A DNA stretch of 52,222 bases, from NCBI GenBank assembly GCA_035650735.1, contig DASRGZ010000081.1:1-52222 (forward strand), in the 5' to 3' direction. Below are positions 24,275 through 34,057 of the stretch, piece after piece. The notes below the pieces were generated by a model, which searched no databases, was not told where the DNA came from, and was given only the letters and a program-made list of their open reading frames with translations. The DNA comes from Chthonomonadaceae bacterium. Its GTDB lineage: Bacteria; Armatimonadota; Chthonomonadetes; Chthonomonadales; Chthonomonadaceae. Each line of letters opens with the position of its first letter. Positions within the stretch are counted from its first letter, which is position 1. Position numbers and translations under genes: made by a program.

Positions 24275-24940
24275 ATGGGCCGCAAGCTGCTTCTTCCCTG
24301 TATCGGTCTGCTCGTTTGCGGATGGTGCCTAATGAGCGTCCTGCCCTCGCAGGCACAGGGGTTATTTAGCGTCCATCTCGACACGTCGCCTTTGATCGGT
24401 GCCGCCACAGGCTCCTTCTCGCTCGACTTCCAGTTGATTGATGGCAGCGGCATAGGGGATGGCAACAACACCGCCACGCTCAGTAACTTTCAATTCGGCA
24501 TGGGAGGCGCTCCCTCCGGCAGTCCCAGCCTGCTTGGGGATGCCACAGGAGACCTCGCTTCGACTGTAGGGCTGGGGGATACGACAGCCTTCAGCGAGTT
24601 TGCCCAGTCCTTCACGCCGGGGGATGCGCTCCGGTTTGGCCTTCAACTGACCAACAACCCGGATATGAGCGGGATCTCCGACCAGTTTGCGTTTGCCATC
24701 CTGGATGGCAGCGGAACGGCGATTCCAACCGAGGGACCGGGGAATGCCTTGTTTACTGTAGACCTGGCCTCCGGGGCCGTACAGGCCTTCGGCACTTCCG
24801 CTGCTGCTGCCGTTACGCTTGCTGCGCCCACCGTGCGCACCGTACCCGAGCCGAGTACGCTGGCCTGGCTCCTGGCAGGCCTGCTCGGATGGGCCACCAG
24901 AGGACAACGCCGACGCAGATATCCCCAGCGAGTCCGCTAA
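24275..24940 (+). CDS. PEP-CTERM sorting-domain protein
   Basis: Signal peptide. C-terminal VPEPSTLAWLLAGLLGW followed by an RRRR basic tail. Confidence 0.9.
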   Translation: MGRKLLLPCIGLLVCGWCLMSVLPSQAQGLFSVHLDTSPLIGAATGSFSLDFQLIDGSGIGDGNNTATLSNFQFGMGGAPSGSPSLLGDATGDLASTVGLGDTTAFSEFAQSFTPGDALRFGLQLTNNPDMSGISDQFAFAILDGSGTAIPTEGPGNALFTVDLASGAVQAFGTSAAAAVTLAAPTVRTVPEPSTLAWLLAGLLGWATRGQRRRRYPQRVR

Positions 24941-25001
24941 TCCAGCAGCCCCGCAGCAAACCGGATTTTAGATTGAGCCTTCGAGAGGCAACCACGCCTT
25001 A

Positions 25002-25060
25002 GAGCCTATCCCGGCAGGCAGGCTTGCGAGAAAGCAGCCTGGCCCTACGGAGATAGGCTC
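25002..25060. mobile_element. 59-bp MITE-like element
   Basis: Terminal inverted repeats GAGCCTATC / GATAGGCTC flanked on both sides by TTA (24999-25001, 25061-25063). Confidence 0.55.
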
Positions 25061-25102
25061 TTATTTTAGTATTCCCGGTTAGGCGGAAGAAACAAAAAAG
25101 GC

Positions 25103-25131
25103 TTGCAATCCCGTGCCCATCGGCGTATAAT
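25103..25131 (+). promoter_or_regulatory. Sigma70-type promoter of cinA
   Basis: TTGCAA, 17-nt spacer, TATAAT. Confidence 0.75.
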
Positions 25132-25151
25132 GGGACAAATCATGTGGAGGT

Positions 25152-26402
25152 TTGTATAGGTTGCGCGCTGAAGTCGTCTCTGTTGGAACCGAGCTGCTAC
25201 TCGGCCAGATCGTCGATACCAACGCCGCCTATCTGGCGCGCGTTCTCTCCGACCTGGGTATTTCCCTGTACCGCCGCACGACCGTCGGCGATAACATGGA
25301 GCGGCTGGTAGCGGCGCTGCGCCAGGCGCTCGCCGACGCCGACGTGGTCATTACCATCGGCGGCCTCGGCCCCACGATGGACGACATCACCCGCGACGGC
25401 CTCGCCGAGGCGATGGGCGATACCCTGCATACCGACCCAGAGATCGCCGAGCGCCTGCGCCAGTTCTTTACCTCGCGCGGGATGACGGTGCTGGAGAGCA
25501 ACCTGCGCCAGGCGCTGGTTCCCGCGCATGGCCGCGCCATAGACAATCCCAACGGCACCGCTCCCGGCCTCCTCTTCGAGAAAGAGAGCAAGATCGGCAT
25601 CGCCCTTCCCGGCCCGCCCAACGAGTTCATCCCGATGGTAGATAACCACGTCGTCCCCTACCTGCGCCAGAAGACCGGCAACGTCGGCACGATCCGCTCG
25701 CTGGTGCTGCGTATCGCAGGCATGGGCGAAAGCCAGGTCGAGGACAAGGTGAAGGATCTGATGCTCGACTCCAACCCGACCGTCGCGCCCTATGCGAAGG
25801 TGGGCGAGGTGCATCTGCGCGTGACGGCGAAGGCCGACACGGCGGAAGAGGCCGACCGGATGATCGCCGCGCGCGCCGCTCTGGTGCGCGCCCGGCTCGG
25901 CGAGGCCATCTATGGCGAGAACGACGACCCGCTGGAAAAGGCGGTCGTGGCCGTCCTCAAGGAGCACGGCAAGACGGTGGCGACGGCGGAAAGCTGCACC
26001 GGCGGCCTGGTGGCCCAGCGCATCACAGATATTTCCGGCAGTTCGGCGGTCTTCCTCGGCGGGGTGGTCGCCTACAGCAACGCCGCCAAGACGGCGTTTG
26101 TCGGCGTGCCTGCGGAGATGATCGCCCGTGTGGGCGCGGTCAGCCCGGAGGTCGCGCAGGCGTTGGCAGAGGGCGCGCGCAGCCGCTTCGGCGCGGACTA
26201 TGGCATCGGCATTACGGGCATCGCCGGGCCGGAGGGTGGCACCCCGGAGAAGCCGGTCGGCCTGGTCTATATCGGCATCGCCTATCCCGGCGGCTGCGAG
26301 GTGGACAAAAGCAACTACATCGGCTCCCGGCAGATCGTCCGCTACCGCGCCTCCCAGACCGCGCTCAATATGCTCCGCCTCCGCGCGCTGCGGGAGGGAT
26401 GA
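25152..26402 (+). CDS. cinA: Competence/damage-inducible protein CinA (MoCF-like domain + PncC NMN deamidase)
   Basis: VGTELLLGQIVDTN, GGLGPT.DDIT, NPNGTAPG, LPGPP.E, TAESCTGG, TGIAGP.GGT.EKPVG. Start may be the TTG at 25161. Confidence 0.96.
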   Translation: MYRLRAEVVSVGTELLLGQIVDTNAAYLARVLSDLGISLYRRTTVGDNMERLVAALRQALADADVVITIGGLGPTMDDITRDGLAEAMGDTLHTDPEIAERLRQFFTSRGMTVLESNLRQALVPAHGRAIDNPNGTAPGLLFEKESKIGIALPGPPNEFIPMVDNHVVPYLRQKTGNVGTIRSLVLRIAGMGESQVEDKVKDLMLDSNPTVAPYAKVGEVHLRVTAKADTAEEADRMIAARAALVRARLGEAIYGENDDPLEKAVVAVLKEHGKTVATAESCTGGLVAQRITDISGSSAVFLGGVVAYSNAAKTAFVGVPAEMIARVGAVSPEVAQALAEGARSRFGADYGIGITGIAGPEGGTPEKPVGLVYIGIAYPGGCEVDKSNYIGSRQIVRYRASQTALNMLRLRALREG

Positions 26403-26502
26403 GGCCCTGCTCACGTTCCCCGCACGCTTTATCGCTCTGTCCCCGCGCGCCAGGGGAGGGATAAAAACGGCTCCATGAGGAGGGCAGTAAGGAGATAACC
26501 GT

Positions 26503-27071
26503 ATGGCAACCAAATCACGAGCGACCATTGACGACCTTTACAACGTGCCCGACAACGGCAAGGCGGAGATCGTCAACGGAGAACTGATATTGATGAGTCC
26601 TACAGGCAACAGACCGGGCCGAGCCGCTGGCAAAATATTCGCCAGTCTGAACAGATATGAGGAGGAACACGGCGGCGGCGATGATTATGGCGATAATGTC
26701 GGCTTTATCGTCCATCTGCCAACCGCGACTCCTTCAGTCCCGATGCGGCCTGGTACACCGGCAAGGTAGATGCAGAGGATATGAACTTTCTGGAAGGCGC
26801 TCCCATATTCGCCGTCGAAGTTCGCATCAAGGGCGATTACGATCCGAAGGCGGAACGCGCCATTAAACAGAAAATCGCCGACTATTTTGCCGCCGGAACG
26901 CAAGTCGTCTGGGACGTGGACCTGCTCAGCGAGGACGTGGTAAAGGTCTATCGTACCAGCGCCCCCGACCATCCTGACATCTACCGGCGGAGAGAAATAG
27001 CCGAGGCGGAACCCGCCGTTCCCGGCTGGAGAATGCCCGTAGACGATCTATTCGAGACTAATGGTGCTTGA
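26503..27071 (+). pseudogene. Uma2/DUF820 family endonuclease, frameshifted
   Basis: First frame KAEIVNGELILMSP..., second frame NRDSFSPDAAWY...GAPIFAVEV...KIADYFAAGTQVVWDVD...PGW. One base is missing near 26720. Confidence 0.85.
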
Positions 27072-27182
27072 ACTTAGCGGGTATGCGGTTGCGGTCTGTC
27101 GTGCAGATAGCGGGAGAACGCTGGCCTTGAGCATATGCTGTATGCGTGAAGCACTTTATAGCAGAGAAAGGGAGAAGCGGAT

Positions 27183-27545
27183 ATGGCAGAGGAACTGGGG
27201 CCGGTACTGCGGGAGATTGCGGATCTGCTCAAACAGCGCGTGGAGCATGACCGAAAGGTTCTTGAGTTTCAGCAGGAGAAGGAGCGGCAGCAGCGAGAAC
27301 TGATGGCCCAGGCGTTTGGGAAAGTGGCCGACTTGAAGTCCGAGGCTTCCGAAGCCCATTCTGAGCGCCCCGAACTGGCTGGCATTGCTCGGATGCGAGA
27401 AGAAGCAGAAAAGTATAGGCAGGAGACAAGGGCACAGATGGAGCAGGAACGGCAGGAACGACGCGAGTTCCGGATGCGGCGGCTGGCGGAGTTGGAACGG
27501 CACAACAACATGTTGGAGCGCATTCTGGAGAGGTTGACGCGCTGA
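27183..27545 (+). CDS. Hypothetical coiled-coil protein
   Basis: 120 aa, E/R/Q-rich helical, RBS GGGAG. Stop overlaps the thpR start (TGATG). Confidence 0.7.
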   Translation: MAEELGPVLREIADLLKQRVEHDRKVLEFQQEKERQQRELMAQAFGKVADLKSEASEAHSERPELAGIARMREEAEKYRQETRAQMEQERQERREFRMRRLAELERHNNMLERILERLTR

Positions 27546-28150
27546 TGCGGCTGTTTTTTGCGGTGCTGCTTACCGAGGAGGCGCGCGAGGCTGTCCGCCG
27601 CGCGCAGCAGGCGTTGCGCGCCTCTGCCGGCGAAAAAGGGATCAAGTGGGTGACGCCGGAGCAGTTCCACTACACGCTCAAGTTCCTGGGCGAGACGCCG
27701 GAGGAGCGGATGCTGCTGGCGATTGAAGCCGCCCGGCTTACTGCCACGCAGAGTGCGCCCTTCTCGTTCACGCTGGCCGGCGTTGGGGCTTTCCCGCAGC
27801 CGCGCCGTCCGCAGGTTTTATGGATCGGAGCCACGGAAGGCGTTCCGCTTTTGGCAGGGCTGGCGGAGTCCCTGGATAGGAACCTGGCGGAACGCGGTTT
27901 TGCGGCGGAGACGCGCCGCTTCAGCCCGCATCTGACCCTGGCCCGTGTCAAGTCGCCGGAGGGACAGGAAGCCATCGCAAAGGCGCTGTCCGCCCAGGTC
28001 GCCGAACTTAATAGCGTAGACAAATTTGGCGTAATTCCGGTCGAATCGTTCGTAGTAATGAGAAGTGAACTGCGTCCTGGCGGGCCGATTTATACCGTCC
28101 TGGAGACGTTCGCGCTTACCCGATCAGGAAATGGGGAAACGCGGCAATAA
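27545..28150 (+). CDS. thpR: RNA 2',3'-cyclic phosphodiesterase (2H family)
   Basis: MRLFFAV, two H-x-T motifs (HYTLKFLG, PHLTLAR), SEL...GP.Y. Lies in cinA-recA context. Confidence 0.94.
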   Translation: MRLFFAVLLTEEAREAVRRAQQALRASAGEKGIKWVTPEQFHYTLKFLGETPEERMLLAIEAARLTATQSAPFSFTLAGVGAFPQPRRPQVLWIGATEGVPLLAGLAESLDRNLAERGFAAETRRFSPHLTLARVKSPEGQEAIAKALSAQVAELNSVDKFGVIPVESFVVMRSELRPGGPIYTVLETFALTRSGNGETRQ

Positions 28151-28371
28151 GGAAACGGTTACGTCCTTTCCTTTCCCCGTTCCCTCCTTTCCTGCGTACT
28201 TTCCCGTTGTTTTGACGCCGGAGGCCACTCGCGTCCCCGCCGGCAGTGCCGGCAAGCCGCGCGCGTCGTTTGCCGCTGCAAATCCATAGGCAGCGCGCAG
28301 GCGGCGGCGGGTGGGACGCCGCTGCGCCCTCACGAGACGCGCCCACGGGCGCAAAGAAAGGATGAACTGAC

Positions 28372-29424
28372 GTGGCTACTGAAGAGCTTGACAGCAAGAT
28401 TGACCCCAAAAAGCAAAAAGCCCTCGATATGGCCCTGACCAATATCGAAAAGCAGTTTGGCAAGGGCAGCGTCGTGCGGCTTGGCCAGTCCATGCGCCTG
28501 AACGTGGACTCCATCTCCACAGGTTCTATTGCCCTGGACATGGCCCTGGGGGTCGGCGGGATCCCGCGCGGACGCATCACCGAAATCTACGGCACCGAAT
28601 CTTCCGGTAAAACCACCATCGCCCTCCAGGTTATCGCGCAGGCCCAGAAGCTGGGTGGCGTCTGCGCCTACGTGGACGTGGAGCACGCCATTGACCCCGA
28701 ATACGCGCGCAAGCTCGGCGTGGATGTGGACAACCTCTTCATCTCCCAGCCGGCTACCGGCGAGGAGGCCCTGGAGATCATGGACGCGCTCATCCGTTCC
28801 AGCGCCATTGATGTCTGCGTGCTCGACTCGGTGGCCGCGCTGGTCCCCAAGGCCGAGCTGGAAGGCGAGATGGGCGACTCACATGTGGGCATCCATGCCC
28901 GCCTGATGTCGCAGGCCCTCCGCAAGATCGCCGGCAGCATCAATCGCACCAATACCGCCGCCATCTTTATCAACCAGATCCGCCAGAAGATCGGCGTTAT
29001 GTTCGGCAACCCAGAGACGACCCCGGGCGGCCTGGCCCTCAAGTACTACGCCTCCGTTCGCCTGGAGGTGCGCCGCACCGAGACGGTCAAGAGCGGCACC
29101 GATGCGGTCGGTGCGCGCGTCAAGGTCAAGGTCGTCAAGAACAAGGTCGCCCCGCCCTTCCGCCAGGCCGAGTTCGATATCATGTTCGGCAAGGGCATCT
29201 CCCGATCCGGCAGCCTGCTGGATATGGGCGTGGATCTGGGCGTCATCAGCAAGAGCGGCGCCTACTTCTCCTATGGCGATATCCGGCTCGGTCAGGGACG
29301 CGAGAACGCCCGCCAGTTCCTTGAGGACAACGAGGCGCTGATGGAGGAGATCGAGGGCCGCATCCGTACTAACGGCGCGGACACCCCGATCCTGACCGCC
29401 GCCGTCGTCGAAGAAGAGGAATAG
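28372..29424 (+). CDS. recA: Recombinase RecA
   Basis: [66 protein letters not shown]. Confidence 0.99.
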   Translation: MATEELDSKIDPKKQKALDMALTNIEKQFGKGSVVRLGQSMRLNVDSISTGSIALDMALGVGGIPRGRITEIYGTESSGKTTIALQVIAQAQKLGGVCAYVDVEHAIDPEYARKLGVDVDNLFISQPATGEEALEIMDALIRSSAIDVCVLDSVAALVPKAELEGEMGDSHVGIHARLMSQALRKIAGSINRTNTAAIFINQIRQKIGVMFGNPETTPGGLALKYYASVRLEVRRTETVKSGTDAVGARVKVKVVKNKVAPPFRQAEFDIMFGKGISRSGSLLDMGVDLGVISKSGAYFSYGDIRLGQGRENARQFLEDNEALMEEIEGRIRTNGADTPILTAAVVEEEE

Positions 29425-29440
29425 ACCCTCTCTGTCCGTC

Positions 29441-29478
29441 TTCCCCTCTTCCTGCTTCAGGGAGAGGGGAATTTTTTT
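29441..29478 (+). terminator. Intrinsic terminator after recA
   Basis: TTCCCCTCTTCCTG-CTT-CAGGGAGAGGGGAA stem-loop followed by T7. Confidence 0.85.
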
Positions 29479-29535
29479 CCGGCCCGATTCACGATCAGGG
29501 TATAACGAAGAGAGTAATCGAGAGGAGGCACAGAA

Positions 29536-29784
29536 ATGGCCGTCTTACCCAAACCGGACAAAAAGAAGCTCTTCGTCACCGGCGCAGAAAAGGAAGCCTT
29601 TCGTAAATTGGCGCGCGAAGTGAACGAGCGGATAGAAATTACCTACCCTCCAGCCATGACCATTGAGGAGTTATATGCGAGCCAGGTTGCGCATGGGATC
29701 CGCCCTGAAGACAACGGGGCCTCTCGCGAACTGATGCGAATGCGCTACGGAGATGATTACAAAGAGGATGACGAACAGGAGTAA
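29536..29784 (+). CDS. Putative antitoxin
   Basis: 82 aa with acidic C-terminus, RBS GAGGAGG, 3 nt upstream of a PIN gene. Confidence 0.7.
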   Translation: MAVLPKPDKKKLFVTGAEKEAFRKLAREVNERIEITYPPAMTIEELYASQVAHGIRPEDNGASRELMRMRYGDDYKEDDEQE

Positions 29785-29787
29785 TTC

Positions 29788-30285
29788 ATGCCGCAACTAT
29801 TGTGGGACGCTAGCGCACTGGCGAAGCGGTACTACAAGGAAAGCGGAAGTGATACTGTGCTCGCTCTATTCGCTGCTGTGCCTACCGTGCCAATGATTAC
29901 AACCTATATGAACTACGCAGAAACCGCTGCCATTCTGAAGCGTGGGCTGAATCCGAGCTTTCTAACTCTGCTTGAATTTAACACGGCGCGTGTTTCTCTT
30001 GAGGATGAGGTTCTCACGAGCGCCGACTTTGCTCTGCTTTCTGTGGACGATGCCGATGTCCTGGCCGGTATCGCTCTTACCGATGCGCATAACCTGAATT
30101 CGACCGATGCGGCGATATTGGCGGCCTATCTCCTCTATGCGCTGAGCCTGGCGCCTTCTGAGCCGCCCTGCGTTCTGGTAGCTTCCGATTTACATATGCG
30201 CCGCGCAGCGGTGGCCGAAGGATTACGGACACTGAACCCCGAACAATTAAACGTCGCGGATGTTCCCGCCTTCCTGTCTACATGA
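29788..30285 (+). CDS. PIN-domain (VapC-like) toxin
   Basis: WDASALAKRY..E.GS, E in YAETAA, L.STDA.ILA, LVASD..M.RAA..EGL..LNPE. Confidence 0.9.
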   Translation: MPQLLWDASALAKRYYKESGSDTVLALFAAVPTVPMITTYMNYAETAAILKRGLNPSFLTLLEFNTARVSLEDEVLTSADFALLSVDDADVLAGIALTDAHNLNSTDAAILAAYLLYALSLAPSEPPCVLVASDLHMRRAAVAEGLRTLNPEQLNVADVPAFLST

Positions 30286-30418
30286 AAGCCGTCTGGCCGT
30301 CGGCACGCAGTATGAGTTCAGGACCTCCAGCCTGTGCCGCCGTTGGCGGACAAGGCGGAGCAGAGACGATTTCATACGTTCTGCGTACTGAGGAGAGCGG
30401 GGAGAATCGAGAACAGCT

Positions 30419-30907
30419 ATGGATACAGAGGCATTGGAGGCGGCCCGCGCGGTCGCCTTTCGATTTATAAGCTACACGCCGCGCAGCCGCGCCGAGATCG
30501 AGCGGCGGCTGGCACGGGCAGATTTTGACCCGGAGATCATTGCGGCGGTCGTCGCCGAGTGCGAAGCGCTGGGCTGGGTGGATGATGAGGAGTTTGCCCG
30601 CCGCTGGGTGGATGACCGCGCCGACCGCAAGAAGTACGGGCGGACGCGCCTGGCCGCCGAGTTGAGCCGCAAAGGCGTGGATAAAGAGGCGGTCGAGGCG
30701 GCGTTAAGCGCTACGAGTGAGGAGGATGAGCTAAGACGCGCCCTGGCCGCCGCCCGCACCAAATGGCGCCTGCAAACCCTCGCGGATGTGGACGAGGAGA
30801 CGCTGCAAGCCGAAAAACGCCGGCTCGTAAATTTTTTACAGCGGAGAGGCTTTTCCTGGCACCTGATCACGCAGGTATTGAGCGAACTAATGGCGAATAA
30901 GGAATAA
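30419..30907 (+). CDS. recX: Regulatory protein RecX
   Basis: A.RFIS..PRS..EI..RL, GWVDD.EFA, G..RL..EL..KGV, FLQRRGF. Lies downstream of recA. Confidence 0.93.
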   Translation: MDTEALEAARAVAFRFISYTPRSRAEIERRLARADFDPEIIAAVVAECEALGWVDDEEFARRWVDDRADRKKYGRTRLAAELSRKGVDKEAVEAALSATSEEDELRRALAAARTKWRLQTLADVDEETLQAEKRRLVNFLQRRGFSWHLITQVLSELMANKE

Positions 30908-31155
30908 CCTTCTCTTGTTTTTCTGGAAACAGCGTGGTTTCCAGCTAACCTGCCAGTCATCGGCAGGGCGGAGCGGAGATAATCGTCGGCGGCAGAGGCC
31001 CGATACAGCCCTTTGCCCTCCACGAAGGGAAAACTCCTTTTCGTAGAGGGAGCGGGCGTGGCCGCTGCCGTGGTGGCAATCCCGCCATGCCGATACCCTC
31101 GCTCAACCTCGGACAAGGCTGACTTGCATTCAAGCCGATGTCTGGAGGTGAGAGA

Positions 31156-32736
31156 GTGCCAAATCAATTCTACTTTGTTCTGGAGTTCATCATAGTCGCC
31201 ATCGTCGGCTTGATAGCCGGGGCGGCGGTTGGCTACAATTACTTGATTCGCCCGTTAGATGCGCGAGAAAGGGCACGCATCAAGGAGATAACCGAGGCGC
31301 AGATTGCCGAGGCGCACCGCCTGAAAGAGGATGCGCTGAAAGAGGTGGAAGCCTCCAAACGGCAAGCGTTGTTGGACGCCAAAGAAGAGGCGCTCCAACT
31401 GCGTACCGAAGTCGAGAACGAAAACCGGGAGAAGCGAGCCGAAATCCAGAGGTTAGAGCGAAGACTGGCACAGAAAGAAGAGAGCCTCGACCGTCGGGCC
31501 GAGGGCCTGGAGCTTAAAGAGCGCCAGCTACAGGCACGGGAGGCGGAGGTGGCCCGCGTGCGCCAGGAAGCCTGGGAGTTGCGAGAGCGCCAGGAACAGG
31601 AGCTCCAACGGCTCTCCGGGCTGACCGCCGAGGAAGCCCGCAGCCTGTTCCTGAAGGCCATAGAGGACGATTGCCGCCATGAGGCCGCCAAGCTCATCCG
31701 CGACATCGAGGAGGCCGCCCGCCGTGATGGCGAGCACCGCGCCCGCCGGATCGTGACGGATGTCATCCAGCGGTGCTCGGTAGACCAGACATCGGAGACG
31801 ACGGTTTCCGTCGTTCCCCTGCCCAACGACGAGATGAAGGGCCGGATCATCGGGCGTGAAGGCCGCAATATCCGCGCCTTTGAGACCCTGACCGGCGTAG
31901 ACCTTATCATTGATGATACCCCCGAAGCCGTGGTGCTCTCCGGCTTTGATCCCGTGCGGCGCGAGGTAGCCCGGATCGCGCTGACCAACCTGATCGTGGA
32001 TGGCCGTATCCATCCGGGCCGCATTGAGGAGGTGATTCGCAAGGCGCAGATTGAAGTGGACAGTCGCATTCAGGAGGCGGGCGAGCGCGCTGTGCTGGAG
32101 ACCGGACTGACCGGGCTTTCGCCGGAGATCGTCCACCTGCTGGGCAAGATGAAGTACCGCACGTCCTACGGCCAAAACGTGCTCAATCACTCCATTGAGG
32201 TGTCCCTTATCTGCGGCATGTTGGCGGCGGAAATTGGCGCCGATGTCTGGGTCGCCAAGCGCGCGGGGCTGCTGCATGACCTGGGCAAAGCGGTGGATTT
32301 CGAGATAGAGGGCCCCCATGCGCTGATCTCCGGGGAAATCCTGCGGCGCAACCGGGAGCCGGAAGCGGTCGTCCATGCGGCGGAAGCGCATCACTATGAT
32401 GTAGAGCCTGCCACCGTGGAGGCCATCCTGGTCATCTGCGCCGACCAGATTTCGGCGGCACGGCCCGGAGCACGGCGCGAGACGCTGGAAACCTACGTCA
32501 AGCGCGTCAAGAAGATCGAGGAGATCGCCGACGGCTTCCATGGTGTCGAGAAATCGTTTGCGGTGCAGGCGGGGCGTGAGGTGCGCATTATCGTCAAGCC
32601 GGAACAGGTTGACGATCTTGCCGCACTGAAGCTGGCCCGTGAAATCGCCAAGCGCATCGGGGAGGAGATGGAATTTCCTGGCCAGATCAAGGTTACGGTC
32701 ATTCGGGAGACGCGCGCGGTGGACTTCGCGAAATAA
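31156..32736 (+). CDS. rny: Ribonuclease Y
   Basis: N-terminal TM, coiled coil, KH domain [45 protein letters not shown] 31156 after GGAGGT. Confidence 0.98.
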   Translation: MPNQFYFVLEFIIVAIVGLIAGAAVGYNYLIRPLDARERARIKEITEAQIAEAHRLKEDALKEVEASKRQALLDAKEEALQLRTEVENENREKRAEIQRLERRLAQKEESLDRRAEGLELKERQLQAREAEVARVRQEAWELRERQEQELQRLSGLTAEEARSLFLKAIEDDCRHEAAKLIRDIEEAARRDGEHRARRIVTDVIQRCSVDQTSETTVSVVPLPNDEMKGRIIGREGRNIRAFETLTGVDLIIDDTPEAVVLSGFDPVRREVARIALTNLIVDGRIHPGRIEEVIRKAQIEVDSRIQEAGERAVLETGLTGLSPEIVHLLGKMKYRTSYGQNVLNHSIEVSLICGMLAAEIGADVWVAKRAGLLHDLGKAVDFEIEGPHALISGEILRRNREPEAVVHAAEAHHYDVEPATVEAILVICADQISAARPGARRETLETYVKRVKKIEEIADGFHGVEKSFAVQAGREVRIIVKPEQVDDLAALKLAREIAKRIGEEMEFPGQIKVTVIRETRAVDFAK

Positions 32737-32750
32737 GCCCTCGTCTCTAG

Positions 32751-33050
32751 CAGACCTCACCCCCGGCAGGCTAAACCCTTAGGGGGCCTACGGCCCGCTG
32801 CCCGCGCAGGCGGGCAGCGGTATGGAGAGAAGGGAGAGCAGAAGCCGGGTCCCCCCTTCCCTAGCGAGGAACGAGCGAGTAGGATCGCGAGGCGGAGCCG
32901 TGTCGCAAGGTATCGCTAGGCGGAGGCAAGGGCCGTAACCTTGCCGACCCTAGCAGTGGCCCCAACCATGGCAGGGCCGACCCTTGCAGTGGCCCGAACC
33001 ATTGTAGCGCCGACCCTTGCAGTGGGGGACGGGGGTTAGGTCAAGAAGGG
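32751..33050 (+). repeat. Modular REP/BIME-like intergenic repeat copy with 33-bp tandem units
   Basis: Shares CGGCAGGCTAAACCCT with 4341/37083, AGAAGCCGGGTCCCCCCTTCCCTAGCGAGG.ACGAGCGAGTAGG with ~45556, and GGGGGTTAGGTCAAGAAGGG with ~49075. GCCGACCCT.GCAGTGG units at 33-bp period. Confidence 0.8.
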
Positions 33051-33149
33051 GTCTGGATGAACGCTTCCGGCGTTTATCCCGTCTAAATAGGCAGAGAAAT
33101 CGGGAGGGGACGCCGCTGCTTCCCTCCCTTAGAAAGTCAACGTGCTCCC

Positions 33150-33989
33150 TTGCGAATACTGTTCGTCGGCGATGTGGTCGGCAAACCGGGACGGCAGGCT
33201 ATCCTCGATTGGCTGCCCGACTTGAAGGCCCAGCATGCCGCAGATTTCGTCGTCGTCAATGCGGAAAATGCGGCAGGCGGCGTGGGCATCACGCCGGAGA
33301 TCGCCGAAATGCTATTCCGTGAGGCCGGGATAGATATCATCACTCTGGGCAATCATGCCTGGGGCAAGCGCGAGGTCTATCCTTATCTGGACAGCCAGCC
33401 GCGCATCCTGCGTCCCGCCAACTACCCGCCGGGCACGCCGGGGCGTGGCTACGGTCTCTTTCCTTGCCCTGCGGGGCTGATCGGGATCGTCGCGCTGCAA
33501 GGCCGCACCTTCATGGACCCGGTGGACGATCCGTTCCGCGCTGCCGATGCCATCCTGGAAGCGCTGCTGCCCAAGACGCGCCTGGTATTCATTGACTTCC
33601 ACGCCGAAGCTACCTCGGAAAAGCAGGCTTTCGGCTGGTATGTGGATGGACGCGCCAGCGCGGTCATCGGCACCCATACGCATGTCCAGACCGCCGATGA
33701 GCGCATTCTGCCCAGCGGAACAGCCTACCTGACGGACGTGGGCATGACCGGGCCGATAAACTCGGTGATCGGCATGCGCCACGACGTCATCCTTACTAAA
33801 TTCACCACGCTGCTGCCGGCGCGCTTTGAAGTCGCCGAAGGCGAGACACAACTGTGTGCCGCACTGGTGGATGTGGATCCGGTAACGGGCCAGGCTGCCG
33901 CCATTCAACGCTTACAAGTTCCGGCGCATATCCGGCAGAGGAGCGCTGCATCGGTGGAACAGGCCGGCCCGGCCAAACCGAACGCTTAA
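33150..33989 (+). CDS. ymdB: YmdB-like metallophosphoesterase (TIGR00282 type)
   Basis: ILFVGDVVGKPGR, NAENAAGG.G, TLGNH, DFHAEATSEK, GTHTHVQTAD, TDVGMTGP. Follows rny. Confidence 0.95.
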   Translation: MRILFVGDVVGKPGRQAILDWLPDLKAQHAADFVVVNAENAAGGVGITPEIAEMLFREAGIDIITLGNHAWGKREVYPYLDSQPRILRPANYPPGTPGRGYGLFPCPAGLIGIVALQGRTFMDPVDDPFRAADAILEALLPKTRLVFIDFHAEATSEKQAFGWYVDGRASAVIGTHTHVQTADERILPSGTAYLTDVGMTGPINSVIGMRHDVILTKFTTLLPARFEVAEGETQLCAALVDVDPVTGQAAAIQRLQVPAHIRQRSAASVEQAGPAKPNA

Positions 33990-34057
33990 GGCGGAAGGGG
34001 AAGCCGGAGCCTGTCCCAGATGCGGCCAGAGATGGAGATTCAGGAGGAATCCTTACG

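Noticed and set aside
28150..28372. LexA/SOS box upstream of recA
   Set aside because: No GAAC-N4-GTTC or CTGT-N8-ACAG match found. The lineage-specific box is unknown to me.
31016..31050. Hairpin in the recX-rny gap as an ncRNA
   Set aside because: Single imperfect stem-loop with no family features. Insufficient evidence.
32940..33025. 33-bp-period repeats resembling a mini CRISPR array
   Set aside because: The intervening segments resemble each other and recur at 4485-4550, so they are degenerate tandem units, not unique spacers. No cas genes.
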